Part shown: piece after piece, positions 11,255-23,786 of the stretch
Layout: each line of letters opens with the position of its first letter
Position numbering within the stretch: position 1 is the first letter of the stretch
Origin: Octopus bimaculoides
Lineage: Eukaryota
Assembly: GCF_001194135.2 (NCBI RefSeq)
Contig: NC_068981.1
Coordinates: 114,169,827-114,215,945 of the forward strand
Length of the DNA stretch: 46,119 bases
Direction of reading: 5' to 3'
Position numbers and translations under genes: made by a program
The notes under the pieces: model-generated
What the model saw: only the letters and a program-made list of their open reading frames with translations
Databases searched by the model: none
What the model was told of the DNA's origin: nothing

Positions 11255-11437
11255 ATTTATCCCCCCACCCCAGCATCACTTGACAAACAATGTTGGTGTG
11301 TTTACCTACCCGTAAATTAGCGGTTCGGCAAAAGAGACCGGTAGAATAAGAGCTAAGCTTCCAAAGAATGGGTCGATTTGTTCCCCCAAAGGCGGTGCTC
11401 CAGCATGGTCGCAGCCAAATGGCTGAAACAAATAAAA
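11255..11437 (-). mobile_element. SINE (family with core gcggccatgctggagcaccgcc)
   Basis: Homologous to the copies at 20795-20975, 41418-41487 and 43200-43335. Confidence 0.8.
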
Positions 11438-11456
11438 GAATATATATGTGTGTGTG

Positions 11457-11500
<44 letters not shown>

Positions 11501-12439
11501 GATGAATGTATGTATGCATGTATGTATGTATGTATGCATGCATGTATGTATGTATGTATGTATATAAGTATACAGTGTTGGATTAAGTTATGAGATCAAG
11601 ACTGTATTATGCAGTAGCTGATCTATGTTATCGATCGCGGTAGCAAGCAGCGAAACTGTCCGTCAAGAAAAGCCATCCATGTTGATGTTTTACTGCTCTC
11701 CAGTAGCATAAAGAGAATGTGGATATTTGTAACATTTTTTTTTTCACTTCTGATATTTGGGATGTTGTGTGTATCTGTATATTTATATATATTTGTATAT
11801 ATGTACATGTATGTCCATATATAAGTATATGTATGTGTATGTAAAGAGAGTAAATGACAGTGAGAGAGATGTTGATATTAATATTCTTTTGAACACGCAT
11901 TGTCATTAGGAATATATTTTTCCAACAGTGCGATATAATATATCTATTCAAAAGCAATGCGTTTATTTGTTCTTCAATACATGTGCGTATTTATGATACA
12001 ATGAGATTGTTCTACGTGGTTAAATATTCAGGATGAAAAACAATTTCTTAAACAGTGCGAATTGAATAAAACCTATCGGCACACAAAGAGATTCAGAAAA
12101 TGCAAATAAAAGCTTCTATCCAATTATTTCTTTGTATATGCATATATATCTAAATCAATGTACACCGTTGTACGTGGTTTCTAATACCAAGACAATGCTA
12201 CAAAAATTTAGCTGTACCTTGGGCAAAGTCACCTTAAGGTATAGAAAAGCGAATAGTATCTTGTATATTACCGATTTTCTGCTTGTTTAATTGCTAATAT
12301 AACACAGCTATTTACTTATACTTGGTATAACCACTCACACTGAAACTTGAAAACGAATAAAAAAAATTTAATACAAATTCATACGATATCAGTCCGCGCG
12401 CGCAGGTGTGTGTGTGCGTGTGTGTGTAAGGATTTAATG

Positions 12440-14640
12440 ATCGTTATGTATGTTTTTTTTCGTGTTTTGTTCGGATGGTAACCGCTCCTGAAGAAGTGCC
12501 AAATNNNNNNNNNNNNNNNNNNNNNNNNNNNNNNNNNNNNNNNNNNNNNNNNNNNNNNNNNNNNNNNNNNNNNNNNNNNNNNNNNNNNNNNNNNNNNNNN
12601 NNNNGAAAACAAAACAAGGCAGCAAAATATATGAAAATGAATGGAAGGAGGACAGAATTGACCCCCTCCAAGTGACGTGTTTGAAGGAACAACTAAACGG
12701 ACAGTTATCTACAGGTGTGTGAACACAAAGACAAAGAAACTCGAAAACGCTAAATGCGATCAGGTGGAAAAAGCCTTGAAAGACATATGGCAGGATATCC
12801 ACCACAATGCGAGAGCGAGGCAGTACGGCGGAGTATACGTCCTTTTTAAGACCAAGAGGCCGTACCGAGGAAATCACCCACGTCTCAACGTACATGGTAA
12901 GAAGGGCGGTACGAATTACGGTACCTGGAGTCTCACCAGGCCTGGATCTATGGTGTATTTTCGTTTGTGTTTGTACGGACGAGGGAGAGAATCTCCTGGA
13001 TGTTAAAAGATCGAGGAAGGGAGAATTGGGTTGGGACTAATTTGGCGTTTCTTCTCCACGTAAAGCCAGAACAGTTAGAGAAAGTCCCAGACCCGATTTA
13101 CCTTTCGAATGGAGTAGAATTAAGGGTGAATATGGAGAGTAGAAGGCCGAGGTGCCACGATTGTGGTTCAATACGCCACTTACGGTTTTTCTGCGTACAT
13201 AAGGGCAGAAAGAAGTGACAAAACGGAAGCGCCACAACCCATGAATCGACAAAAACAACAAGAACAACAAGAACAGAAATGCAGAGCAACAGAAATAGAA
13301 ATTAAACCCAAGGAGACAAAACAGGTAGGTGTTACAGAGAAGGTGGAAGAGGGAGTAGCACCAGCAGCAGTGGCGGAAGCTACACTAGCAGGGGCAACAA
13401 CAACAACAACTACAAGAGAACCAGAACAAACAACACCAGAAGAAAGCATACAAGACATGGACTCCTCCACGCATCCAAATGATAATGGGGGGAAAGCCCA
13501 AAAGGCAAAAAGAAAAGAGAAATCCAAGAAACGACAAACACAGACACACTGATGACAACACCAACACTACAAGCACCACAACCACCAAAACCATCACAAA
13601 CATCCTTAACATAATCAAAAACACAACAAACTCTACAAAGAAAATGTCACAACAACAACAACGACCATCCGCACAGCAGCGGAATTTTGTGCTAGTGAGA
13701 TGGGCGAAAGAAAAGCTGATGGCTCGCATAGCACAAAACGAGAACATTGAAACAAAGTGGTGGTGGTGGTGGGGGGGGGTTATTGATCTGAAGCCCCAAC
13801 ACTTTCAGAGTATCGGAGAGCCTAACTGTGACTTTTAAGGGGTTCCTTGAAGAACTCAAGAAAACAGACAGGGTGGGAGAACCAATCGACCACAAACAGC
13901 ACCAGGAGGGTAAGTGACACACTTTCCTTTCCTTACTTCCTGGCCAGCATGGCAGTTTTTAAATAGGTTGTATAAATGTACCATGCTGGGAATCATCGTA
14001 GAAGTAAAGACGCTTGTGCAACAACATCAAATGGCTACGTCTGGATGTAATAGCCGTCAGTGAGACCAGGATCGCGGACACAAATATTTGGTGACTTTGA
14101 GATTTTCGCATCGCTTAGTCGACTGGGAAAGGGGGTGGGTGGTGGCAGGGCTCTTCAGAAAAGGCCTGAATCTCGGTATACGGTCGGTCTTCCTCGACCC
14201 GGAAGGTAAGTCAGTGGTACTGGATGTAGCCGATAACGAAGGCAGTGCTTTTAGACTGGTCGCAGTGTGCGCACCGATTGGAGCAGGATAGCCAGAGTTC
14301 TTCAGACTCCTGGATCCCTTTCTACGGACATCTCGTTCTTTATTGCTAGTGGGAGATTGAAACACCATTTTGGATGCACGTGTGGATTGGATGGGGCTAG
14401 TAGATAGGAAAGGTAGGTACGTAAGCCTCGCAAACCTGCTCAGTCGTTTCCAGCTGGTGGATAAGTTCAGACTGGATTTCCCGAATATTTCAGTGTGAAT
14501 ATGGAGAAAGAGTGTAAATATTTTGTAAGCAAGCAGATAGGAATAGTATAGGTTGTCCACAATTTGAATTGGCTGGTCTCTTCCGGAGGACTTTCGGGCC
14601 GGGCACTATGGACAGCACCCAGAAATCCCTGGCTTGGCAG
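12440..14640 (+). mobile_element. Tx1/L1-like LINE, 5' half (ORF1 with zinc knuckle plus AP endonuclease), decayed
   Basis: ORF1 knuckle RPRCHDCGSIRHLRFFC (CX2CX4HX4C, 12967-13218) and a low-complexity linker. APE motifs KSVVLDV..FRLVAVCAP..FFRLLDPFLRTSRSLLLVGDLNTILDARVD (14088-14500). No RT follows. Confidence 0.85.
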
Positions 14641-14706
14641 TGCTATCGAGGGTCAACTATGAAAATTGAATTTGAATGTTTTCTATTTTTATTGGCTGCA
14701 TATTAC

Positions 14707-14769
<63 letters not shown>

Positions 14770-14776
14770 TAATAAT
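14707..14776. repeat. (TAA)n microsatellite
   Basis: About 23 units, read directly. Confidence 0.95.
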
Positions 14777-16044
14777 GGGACCCCGAGGAGAAGTAGTATC
14801 CCATATTTTATAATATGTATGAATCGTTCTGTATGTTGCATCGAAATGTTCATAGGTCATTTTCATTATTATTATTATTATAAAGTATTTTCAATTNNNN
14901 NNNNNNNNNNNNNNNNNNNNNNNNNNNNNNNNNNNNNNNNNNNNNNNNNNNNNNNNNNNNNNNNNNNNNNNNNNNNNNNNNNNNNNNNNNNNNNNNNNNN
15001 NNNNNNNNNNNNNNNNNNNNNNNNNNNNNNNNNNNNNNNNNNNNNNNNNNNNNNNNNNNNNNNNNNNNNNNNNNNNNNNNNNNNNNNNNNNNNNNNNNNN
15101 NNNNNNNNNNNNNNNNNNNNNNNNNNNNNNNNNNNNNNNNNNNNNNNNNNNNNNNNNNNNNNNNNNNNNNNNNNNNNNNNNNNNNNNNNNNNNNNNNNNN
15201 NNNNNNNNNNNNNNNNNNNNNNNNNNNNNNNNNNNNNNNNNNNNNNNNNNNNNNNNNNNNNNNNNNNNNNNNNNNNNNNNNNNNNNNNNNNNNNNNNNNN
15301 NNNNNNNNNNNNNNNNNNNNNNNNNNNNNNNNNNNNNNNNNNNNNNNNNNNNNNNNNNNNNNNNNNNNNNNNNNNNNNNNNNNNNNNNNNNNNNNNNNNN
15401 NNNNNNNNNNNNNNNNNNNNNNNNNNNNNNNNNNNNNNNNNNNNNNNNNNNNNNNNNNNNNNNNNNNNNNNNNNNNNNNNNNNNNNNNNNNNNNNNNNNN
15501 NNNNNNNNNNNNNNNNNNNNNNNNNNNNNNNNNNNNNNNNNNNNNNNNNNNNNNNNNNNNNNNNNNNNNNNNNNNNNNNNNNNNNNATATATATATATAT
15601 ATATATACAGGTATAAGTTAGAGGTGTTAAAGCCCCTAAGGGATAGATATATCCAAAGGCATTTATGGTAATTACCTCAGTAGGTATATTCCTTGCTAAA
15701 AGGTATATGGCAGCAGGTAACTTAGCGGATAACTGTAGTTTGATTTATATAGGCAAGAAGAAAATAGAGGACCTAGTTTCATATATATAAACTTCCCAAT
15801 TTCGCCCTGGAATTAGTGCTAACTTAAGTTAAGCTTACAATTGGAATTCATAATCAATCGAATTTCAGCATATCGTTAATCACTCCCTTTTGTATTTTAA
15901 ACAGACTAGAATAAGGAATTATACTCGCCATGAATAAATAAACTCTGTTCGTATCTAACCACGCTTGTAGAAAGAGCCAGAATGTAGAGCCAGGAGATTA
16001 TGCCGGGTTTCATACACAACTACACACACACTAACATACACACT

Positions 16045-16080
<36 letters not shown>

Positions 16081-16759
16081 GACGCACACACATATACACA
16101 CTCTCTCTCACACACATCAACACTTACACATGTATGTATAGATATATGTATGTATGTACACACACACACACATATATATNNNNNNNNNNNNNNNNNNNNN
16201 NNNNNNNNNNNNNNNNNNNNNNNNNNNNNNNNNNNNNACACACACACACACACAGTGACGCACACACATATACACACTCTCTCTCACACACATCAACACT
16301 TACACATGTATGTATAGATATATGTATGTATGTATGTATATATACACACACATACATATATACACATATTTAAAATGGAATTGCTCCTGAGAAAGAATGT
16401 AAATAACTCGTACGTGCCACAAGCAACAGCGCACTTTTTGAAATTACGAAAACACAGGAAATATGTTACCTTAAATGCATAAAACTATCAACGCCAATTT
16501 TTAAGCATACAAGACGGTATATATTTTCATGAAACAGGTGTTCAAGACGTTCTAGAATAAGAAATTTTCTTGTAAGAGGGAACAAGAACAGTGAAATGAC
16601 GAAAATGTGTATAAGGACTCGATTACTAAACTCAAAAAGAGGAACGAGAGAAGGAAATAGCGTCGGACAATGTTCAAGGAAATATTTATAAGAATGATAG
16701 AAAGAAGCAATGCACTGGCGATGCGTGAAAGGTTGAAGTTTAAAGCTACCAATACACTG

Positions 16760-17190
16760 ATCTCAAGCCCCTACCTCCTTTATCTCTTCATAGGTGGAAC
16801 CTGTTGATATCACTATTCTTGTGGAGATTTCCAGTTGATGTCATAATCTTTCAGGTTTTAATGTCTATAGAGTGGATTTCTTCTAAAGACCAGTCAAGTA
16901 TCCCAAGTGTTGGAATTAGCACTAGTACTGAAAATACATTATGAGATATTGTCTAGTGAGAGGAGAATTAGGATTGCTATATCTTTCTTAGTCTGGTGTA
17001 ATATTCTTGGGTCACAGTACCTTGGTATGATATATTTTCATCAATGCCAAGGTAGCATTCTTTGTGCGAGATAGTGAAACCGTTGATGCACAGGTTGTGT
17101 GCCTGTGAGACTGATTTTCCCCATTCAACAATTAAATAAGAACATTTCTTTTGGCCAGATTCCATTCATATGTCAGATGAAAATTCCAGT
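16760..17190 (-). mobile_element. RLE-type LINE fragment (RT C-terminal part)
   Basis: YLGIDENISYQGTVTQEYYTRLRKI...IPTLGILDWSLEEIHSIDIKT...GGRGL on the minus strand. Confidence 0.75.
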
Positions 17191-17249
17191 CGTTTTTTGA
17201 CATTGTTATGTCGTCTCTTTCTATTTTTAATTTAGTGTATATTTTGACC

Positions 17250-18672
17250 GGCTACCAGCTTGAAGTAACAATTTAACCGTCATCCTTTATAGCTTAAGAA
17301 GGTCTTGCAGATTTTTTATAGTCTAAGATATCGTGATCATTTGAACCTTATGAATTAAGGATTTACATTCTCTACCCAAGATTCCAAGTTCAGCCATACT
17401 CTGCTTCAGATGGGTTGGTATGTATCCTGGTGCTCCAATAATAATAGATATGAGGCTGGAAGTGTATCTTGAGTACTGGATGGATTTGCAAACTTCTAAT
17501 CAATGGTCCATAGATGACCTCTTTCTCTTGTATTTTTCTAACCATATTTGTGTCCAGAGGACAGCTGATTTCCGCAACAGAACATGTCTTTACTTTGTGG
17601 TCTCACACAACAATATCTGGCCGGTCGTGTTTTAACTTGATAGCTGTTTAAATTTACAGGTTCCATCTGAAATTTATTTTGACTCATCGGTCTCAATATG
17701 GTCAACTTAGTTTGAAGGTACTCTCTTCTTTGTTATCCTGTTCCAGATCTTTCTGGCCACCGTATCATGCTTCATTGAAAGATAATATCTGGAAGATATT
17801 GGTCTTGGTCTTGCACAGCCTACGTTTGTTGTGTACCAACGTTTTCTGCCTTTTAGGTGGTAGGTGCTTCGTGGGGAACTCTTGTTCTTGGATTGCATGG
17901 ACGTAACCTTTAAAGTGGGATGTCATAAACCCGTCGTTACTCTATGCCAAGCTGTTCCACATTATCGATCCCTTCCATGGTTTTTATTTATTGTGCCAAG
18001 TACCCCCGTACTACCTTCTCAGTGAACTGGTTCATTTTCCGCCTCTTGTTCTGATAAGTAGACTTTATCAATGCTCCTTTAGGAGAAATTTGTATCAGTT
18101 CTTATTTCATATCCCGCTCTAGTTCATTAGCTATTCTAATAATGCTGTTGGTTTCATGGTCACAAACTCGGGCAAGATAGTAATTGATCTCCTTTCCTTT
18201 CTGCAGATGTTGTTTTAGTGTCACAATCTGTGCTTTATATGACATCAGTACAGATCTGAGATCTGAGACTACGGCCACCTTCCTTGCATGGAAGCCTGTC
18301 TCAATTGATGTTGAAGTTTCCTGTAACACTGAGCGGCTTGCGAGTTCGAATATCTGTCACATTTAGTTCTTGTAGTGACCAGTTCAAAAGCCCAAATGTA
18401 GGCGTGAGAACAGGCACTGCAAAGGTGTTGTGGGCAATGTGTTTGTTGTAAGCTGAACGTTCTGATGACCATATTCTCTTTACTCTCTCGAGGTACTCAG
18501 TTCTAGCCCTCTCCTCATTTATGGTTCTAACATTCTCATCCTGTCCGAGATAACTATAATCGTGAGCAGATTGTAGAGGTTGTATTGTCAAACCATTCAT
18601 TTTTAGGCTTTCAGAAGGAGGGCACAGCTTTTCCATGTCATAGAAGCACATTTAGACTCAAAACTTTATCCC
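17250..18672 (-). mobile_element. RLE-type LINE fragment (RT C-terminus, CCHC knuckle, RLE)
   Basis: ORF 18301-18651 (YSYLGQDEN...EYLERVKRIWSSE.SAYNKHIAHNTFAVPVLTPTFG) and SSRYYLSMKHDTVARKIWN (17707-17898). The 5' junction enters (TATG)n. Confidence 0.85.
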
Positions 18673-18867
18673 ATATATGTATACATGTATGTATGTATGT
18701 ATGTATGTATGTATGTATGTATGTATNNNNNNNNNNTATATGTATACATGTATGTATGTATGTATGTATGTATGTATGTATGTATGTATGTATGTATGTA
18801 TGAGGCTGGAAGTGTATGTATGTATGTATGTATGTATGTATGATGCTGGAAGTGTATCTTGAGTACT

Positions 18868-19184
18868 CCCTGCCATGCTGGAATTCAATTACCCAGTGTT
18901 TGACTGTTACATATGAAGGAGCATTGTCTGTTAAGGTTCTCACCATATCTTTATAGATTTCTGATGGTGTCATGCCTTTCAAATGAAGGTACTTTATGAC
19001 AGCACGATACACGAACCTCGACACTTGTTTATTCTAAAATCTGCAACAAAAAAATTAAAATATCAGAATCATAAAAATGAGCAAGAATACTCCGAAAAGA
19101 CTGTACTTACCAGAAAAAATTGTTTCAGCTACCTAGTAGCCCCGTTTCTAGGTTAGGCTCAAAACTTTTCATATACTCCTCGTT
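18868..19184 (-). mobile_element. mariner element 5' fragment with left TIR and transposase N-terminus
   Basis: The minus strand starts acgaggagtatatgaaaagttttgagcct (mariner-type TIR). The ORF reads MSRFVYRAVIKYLHLKGMTPSEIYKDMVRTLTDNAPSYVTVKHWVIEFQHGRE. Confidence 0.88.
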
Positions 19185-19199
19185 TCTATAGGTGCAGAT

Positions 19200-20608
19200 T
19201 TGTATGTTTTGTTTTAAGTATGTCTTGTCATGCATATACTTGCATATTTAGGCATGCTCACATATACTCATATGATAAAATTCTAGAAAGTTCTACAGAT
19301 TTTTACAGTTCCAGTGATAGTTTGAATCTGTAGTCTTCGAATCAGCTTTCTCCTTTCTCGTTTTGAGAAGCTTAATTTCTCAAGATTGCTATTTAGGCAG
19401 TATGTTACTTATCCTAGTGCCCCAATAATTACAAGTATAAACCTGAACTTGTAATCTGGATAGATTAATTGCAGATTTCTCAATAGTTCAGCGTGACTAT
19501 TCTCTTTTCACTGAACTTCAGCTTTATGTTAACATCCGCTGGGCAGCTGATTTCCACAACAGTACAAAATTATATCAGGCCTATGGTTTCCCCTATGCTG
19601 TGGTTCTCATATCTCTATTCTCGGGATTATCCTTTTGCCGGATCTCGTTATACGGTGTCCTAGCTACAACATCATGTCTCATCGGTAGATAATACCATGA
19701 TGACATTTTCGGACAACTGCTTATGATGTGGGCGATATCTGTATCAGTTGTCACATTTTACTGCTTGTCCTGCATCTCTATCACTTTTGTGCAACTGTTA
19801 TTTGGTCGATATTTACTGTTCCTGGAATGCAAAAGCGTTTCCTTCAAAGTGAGTGGCAATACTCCGGTTGTTGATTCATGTTAGACTGCTTTGATGCTCA
19901 ATGTTACTATCATCTCTGAGCTTTATACTAACATATCCATGCTCATATACACTCACCCTTTCATCATCGTTGCGCTAGTCATGCGACTTCTGTGGTATTC
20001 AAGGTTAACAGGAATGCTGATCAAGGGCCTGCCTTCCAAGTCTTATGATGTTATCAGCCTCATGTATGCAAACTTGGTCAAGGGATATATTTCGACACTT
20101 GAGTATTGAAAGATGTTGGCGAAGGGATATGATAAGACATTCAAAGGCATTTTGGATTAAATTTAAGCCTCTGCCGCCTTGTTTTCGTTTTAGGTAGAAG
20201 TAGTCTACATAACTGTGTATGTGGAAATTATGTGTGCTTGTTAGTATTTTCCGGGTTTCCACATCAATGGCTCGGATCTCATCAAGCGTCCATCAAACAG
20301 CCCACATGTTGGCATAAGTACTGGTACTGCAAACACATTGTGGGTCACTGTTTTAATGAATGCAGAGAGTTCTGAGGTCCTAATTTTCTTTATTCGGTTG
20401 TAATTTTCTTTAGTGACATGTGTTTTGTTACCGGTGCCATTGATATGTCTTCATCCATCCTTAGATACCTGTAACATTCTTAATCAGACACAGGAGAAAC
20501 AGTCAAGTCATTGATGGAAATGTCGCTAGTCTGGTTTACAGTTTTTCCTCCTTTCTCAACCATATAATAACACTTATTCCGACAAACTTTAATCTTATAT
20601 ACTTTGAG
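19200..20608 (-). mobile_element. RLE-type LINE, 5'-truncated copy of the family at 21327-23786
   Basis: ORF 20005-20262 (ETRKILTSTHNFHIHSYVDYFYLKRKQGGRGL) is nearly identical to part of 21982-22581. The 5' junction ctttgag|tatgtatg enters (TATG)n. Confidence 0.88.
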
Positions 20609-20794
20609 TATGTATGTATGTATGTATGTATGTATGTATGCATGTGTGTGTATGTATGTATGTATGTCATTATTCTGTTGATTTCAAAATTTTTTGCCAA
20701 TAAAGAAAGAACCGGTCTCTGACCTAGATCCAAGGTTCCTTTGGAATTTCTGCATCAACAACAAACTAGTTTTGTTTGTATTCTTTTATTCTTT

Positions 20795-20975
20795 TATTTG
20801 TTTTAGTCATTTGACTGCAGCCATGCTGGAGCACCACCTTTAGTCGAACAAATAGACCCCAGGATTTATTTTTTTGTAAGCTTAGTACTTATTCTATCGG
20901 TAGTTTTTGCCGAACCACTAAGTTACGGGGACGTAAACACATCAATATCGGTTGTCAAGCGATGGTGGGCGCCAA
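20795..20975 (+). mobile_element. SINE (gcggccatgctggagcacc family)
   Basis: ttagtcatttgactgcagccatgctggagcaccacctttagtcgaacaaat...gccgaaccactaagttacggggacgtaaacac. Confidence 0.8.
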
Positions 20976-21054
20976 NNNNNNNNNNACACACACACGCACA
21001 CACACACACGCACACACACATACGCACACACACACACACACACATACATGTATA

Positions 21055-21221
21055 TACGACGGGCTTTTCAGTTTCTGTCTACCAAATCCACTCACAAAGC
21101 TTTGTTCGGCCCAAGGTTGTAGTAGAAGAAACTTGCCCAAGGTGCCACGCAGTGTGACTGAACCCGGAACCATGTGGATGGTAGGCAAGCTACTTACCAC
21201 ACACAACCACTCCTGCGCCTA
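21055..21221 (-). mobile_element. tRNA-derived SINE
   Basis: The minus-strand head aggcgcaggagtggttgtgtgtggtaagtagcttgc...ggttccgggttcagtc carries A/B-box-like elements. Confidence 0.75.
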
Positions 21222-21326
21222 TGTATGTATGTATGTATGCGTATAGGTATGTATGTATCTATGTATGTATTTTGTATGTATGTATGTATGTATGCATGTA
21301 TGTATGTATGCATGTATGTATGTATG

Positions 21327-23786
21327 TGCAAATTTGTTTTATGCATGTATTCTCAAGCATATGGTTACAGGTTTTTACAGTTNNNNNNNNNNATGCATGT
21401 ATTCTCAAGCATATGGTTACAGGTTTTTACAGTTCCAGTGATGGATTGGATCTGTAGTCTTCGAATTACATTTCTCCTTTCTGGTGTTGATAAGCCTAAT
21501 TTCTCAAGATTGGTATTTAGGCAGTGTGTTACTTATCCCAGGGCCTCGATAATTACAGGTATAAACCTGAACTTGTAATCTGGATAGAGTAACTGCAGAT
21601 TTCTCAAGAGTTCTGCATCGGTGTTTTGTTTTTCACTGATCTTCAGCTTTATGTTAACATCCGCTGGGCAGCTAATTTCCACAACTGTGCACAGTTTCTC
21701 TTCTCTATCCCAAATCATTATATCAGGTCTCTTGTGCTTACATTATAATGATGTCTTCACTGGTACATTCCACCAGTATTCCTTCTACCATATTGTGAGC
21801 TTTTATTTCTTTGTCCTCGGTATTTACCTTCCAACGGATTTCATTATAGTGTCCTATCTACAACGTCTTGTCTCATCGGTAGATAATACCGTGATGACAT
21901 TTTCGGACAACTGCTTATGATGTGGGTGATAGCTTCGGTGTAAACTCCACAAAGTCTACATCGGTTGTCACATTTTACGGCTTATCCTGCATCTCTATCC
22001 TTTTTGTGCATCAAGTATTTGGTTGATATTTCCTGTTCTACGATTGCAAACACATACCCTTCAAAGTGAGATGTAGTAATCAGGCTGTTCGTCCATGATA
22101 AACTGCTTTGATGATCGATGCTACTATCAACACGGAGCTTTCTACTAACATATCCATGCATAGTCTTCTGCTCATATAGACTCATCCTTTCATCTGATGA
22201 TATGTTGCGGTAGAGTCGTGCGACTTCTTTGGGCATGTATTCTAGGTTACTAGACAAAGAGTGTTGCTCAAGGAGCTGCCTTCTAAGTCTTATGATGTTA
22301 TCATCTTCATGTATGCAAACTTGGTCAAGGGATGGACTTCGACATTTGGTGGTTAAAAGATGTTGCCGAAAGGATATAAGACATTTAAAGGCATTTTGGA
22401 TCGATGTTAAGCCTCTGCCGCCTTGTTTTCGTTTTAGGTAGAAGTAGTCTACATAACTGTGTATGTGGAAATTATGTGTGCTTGTTAGTATTTTTCGGGT
22501 TTCCACATCAATGGCCCGGATCTCATCGCGCATCCAATCAAGCATCTCAAATGTCGGCATAAGTACTGGCACTGCAAACATATTGTGGTCTACTGTTTTA
22601 ATGAATGCAGAGAGTTCTCAGGTCCTAATTTTCTTTATTCGCTTGTGACACGTGTTTTGATATCGGTGCCATTGTAAGATATATTTTCATCCACCCCTAA
22701 ATACCTTTAACATTCCTCGTCAAATACAGGGGAAACAGTCAAATCATTGATGGAGATGCTACTCATCTGATTTATAGTTTTCCCCCTTTTCACAACCATA
22801 TAACAACATTTATCCTGACCAAACTCCAAACTTACATCCTTTGAGAATGTAACTATGTCAAGGCTCTTTTTCATCTCACGCATATTCTTTGCATAAAGTT
22901 TGAAATCATCCTCAAAGAAATATTGTGTAATTTTGGTATATCTGTATCCTTGTGAACAAGTGAGATATACTTCAGCCTTCCTTAACATGAATGACAAGGA
23001 GCTTACAGAAAGTATAAACAACATCACAGAGAGGCTGTCTCCTTGGTATATGCCTTTGCGATATTGTATTCTATCGGTGATAATGCTGCCACTCTTTGCA
23101 TTTAATTTCAAGATGGTGGCCCACGATGAAGTAAAGTCGACTATGGCTTTGACTATTCTCACTGGAACTTTAGCAAGTTGAAGGGCTTTTAGCATCCATG
23201 AGTGGGGAACAGAGTCAAAGGTTTTCTTGTAATCTAGCCGCATTGACACTAAGTTCCTCCTATGCTCTCGCACCTCTGACATCACAGTTTTGTTGATTAA
23301 CAATTGCTCGGCACATCCCCAGATTCCCTTCCTCCTAGTTGCTTGTTCTGCCGTGATAAAGTTATTGGTTTCCCAATGGTCCCGGAGAACCATTTAATGC
23401 TGTATATATTTTATACATTACGTTCTGGCATGCAATTGGCCGGTAGTTTTTTTTTTTGTTTTCTTTTTCCCATGTGGGTGGTTCTGCATTTGGGTATCAA
23501 TTTTGTCTCTGTTAGAGAAAAACCAGCGGGGTATGCAACTGTTCCCAATGAAAGCTTGCCGGTACAGATTGATAAAATATGGTAGAATGTTAGCTTCTTG
23601 TACCAATATTCAACAATCAGGTCTTTTTCAAGTGTTTTTCCATCCTGGAGTTTCTGTATCATAGTTGCAAAAGTTTCACCATCAATGTTATGTCTTGGGT
23701 GTAACGCAGGAGCAATCACTTTTTCGGATTTCTTCCAGCCACAGAGCATCTTGGTTAAATTACTCCAGATTTTCCTCGAGAAGGAG
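21327..23786 (-). mobile_element. RLE-type LINE, about 2.45 kb, 5'-truncated, embedded in a (TATG)n array
   Basis: RT motifs GIWGCAEQLLIN, LDYKKTFDSVPHSW, GIYQGDSLS and YFFEDDFKLYAKN (22707-23393). RLE motif VVEISCPADVN...IPVIIEALG (21533-21718). (TATG)n lies on both sides. Confidence 0.92.

Noticed and set aside
12190-12240. TMLQKFSCTLGKVTL followed by a GT, weakly like the CLC 'TxxxKxxSC' helix E
   Set aside because: No GxEGP motif follows, there is no convincing acceptor, and the similarity is at chance level.
13163-13838. Q/T/E-rich ORFs that could be a host gene
   Set aside because: They lie between the Tx1 ORF1 knuckle and the APE domain and are the element's low-complexity linker.
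16079-16360. Apparent ~80-100-bp tandem duplication
   Set aside because: The copies are essentially identical and sit either side of an N-run, typical of overlapping contig ends.
21342-21433. 41-bp exact direct repeat inside the LINE 3' end
   Set aside because: The copies are separated by a 10-N placeholder gap, indicating an assembly overlap artefact.
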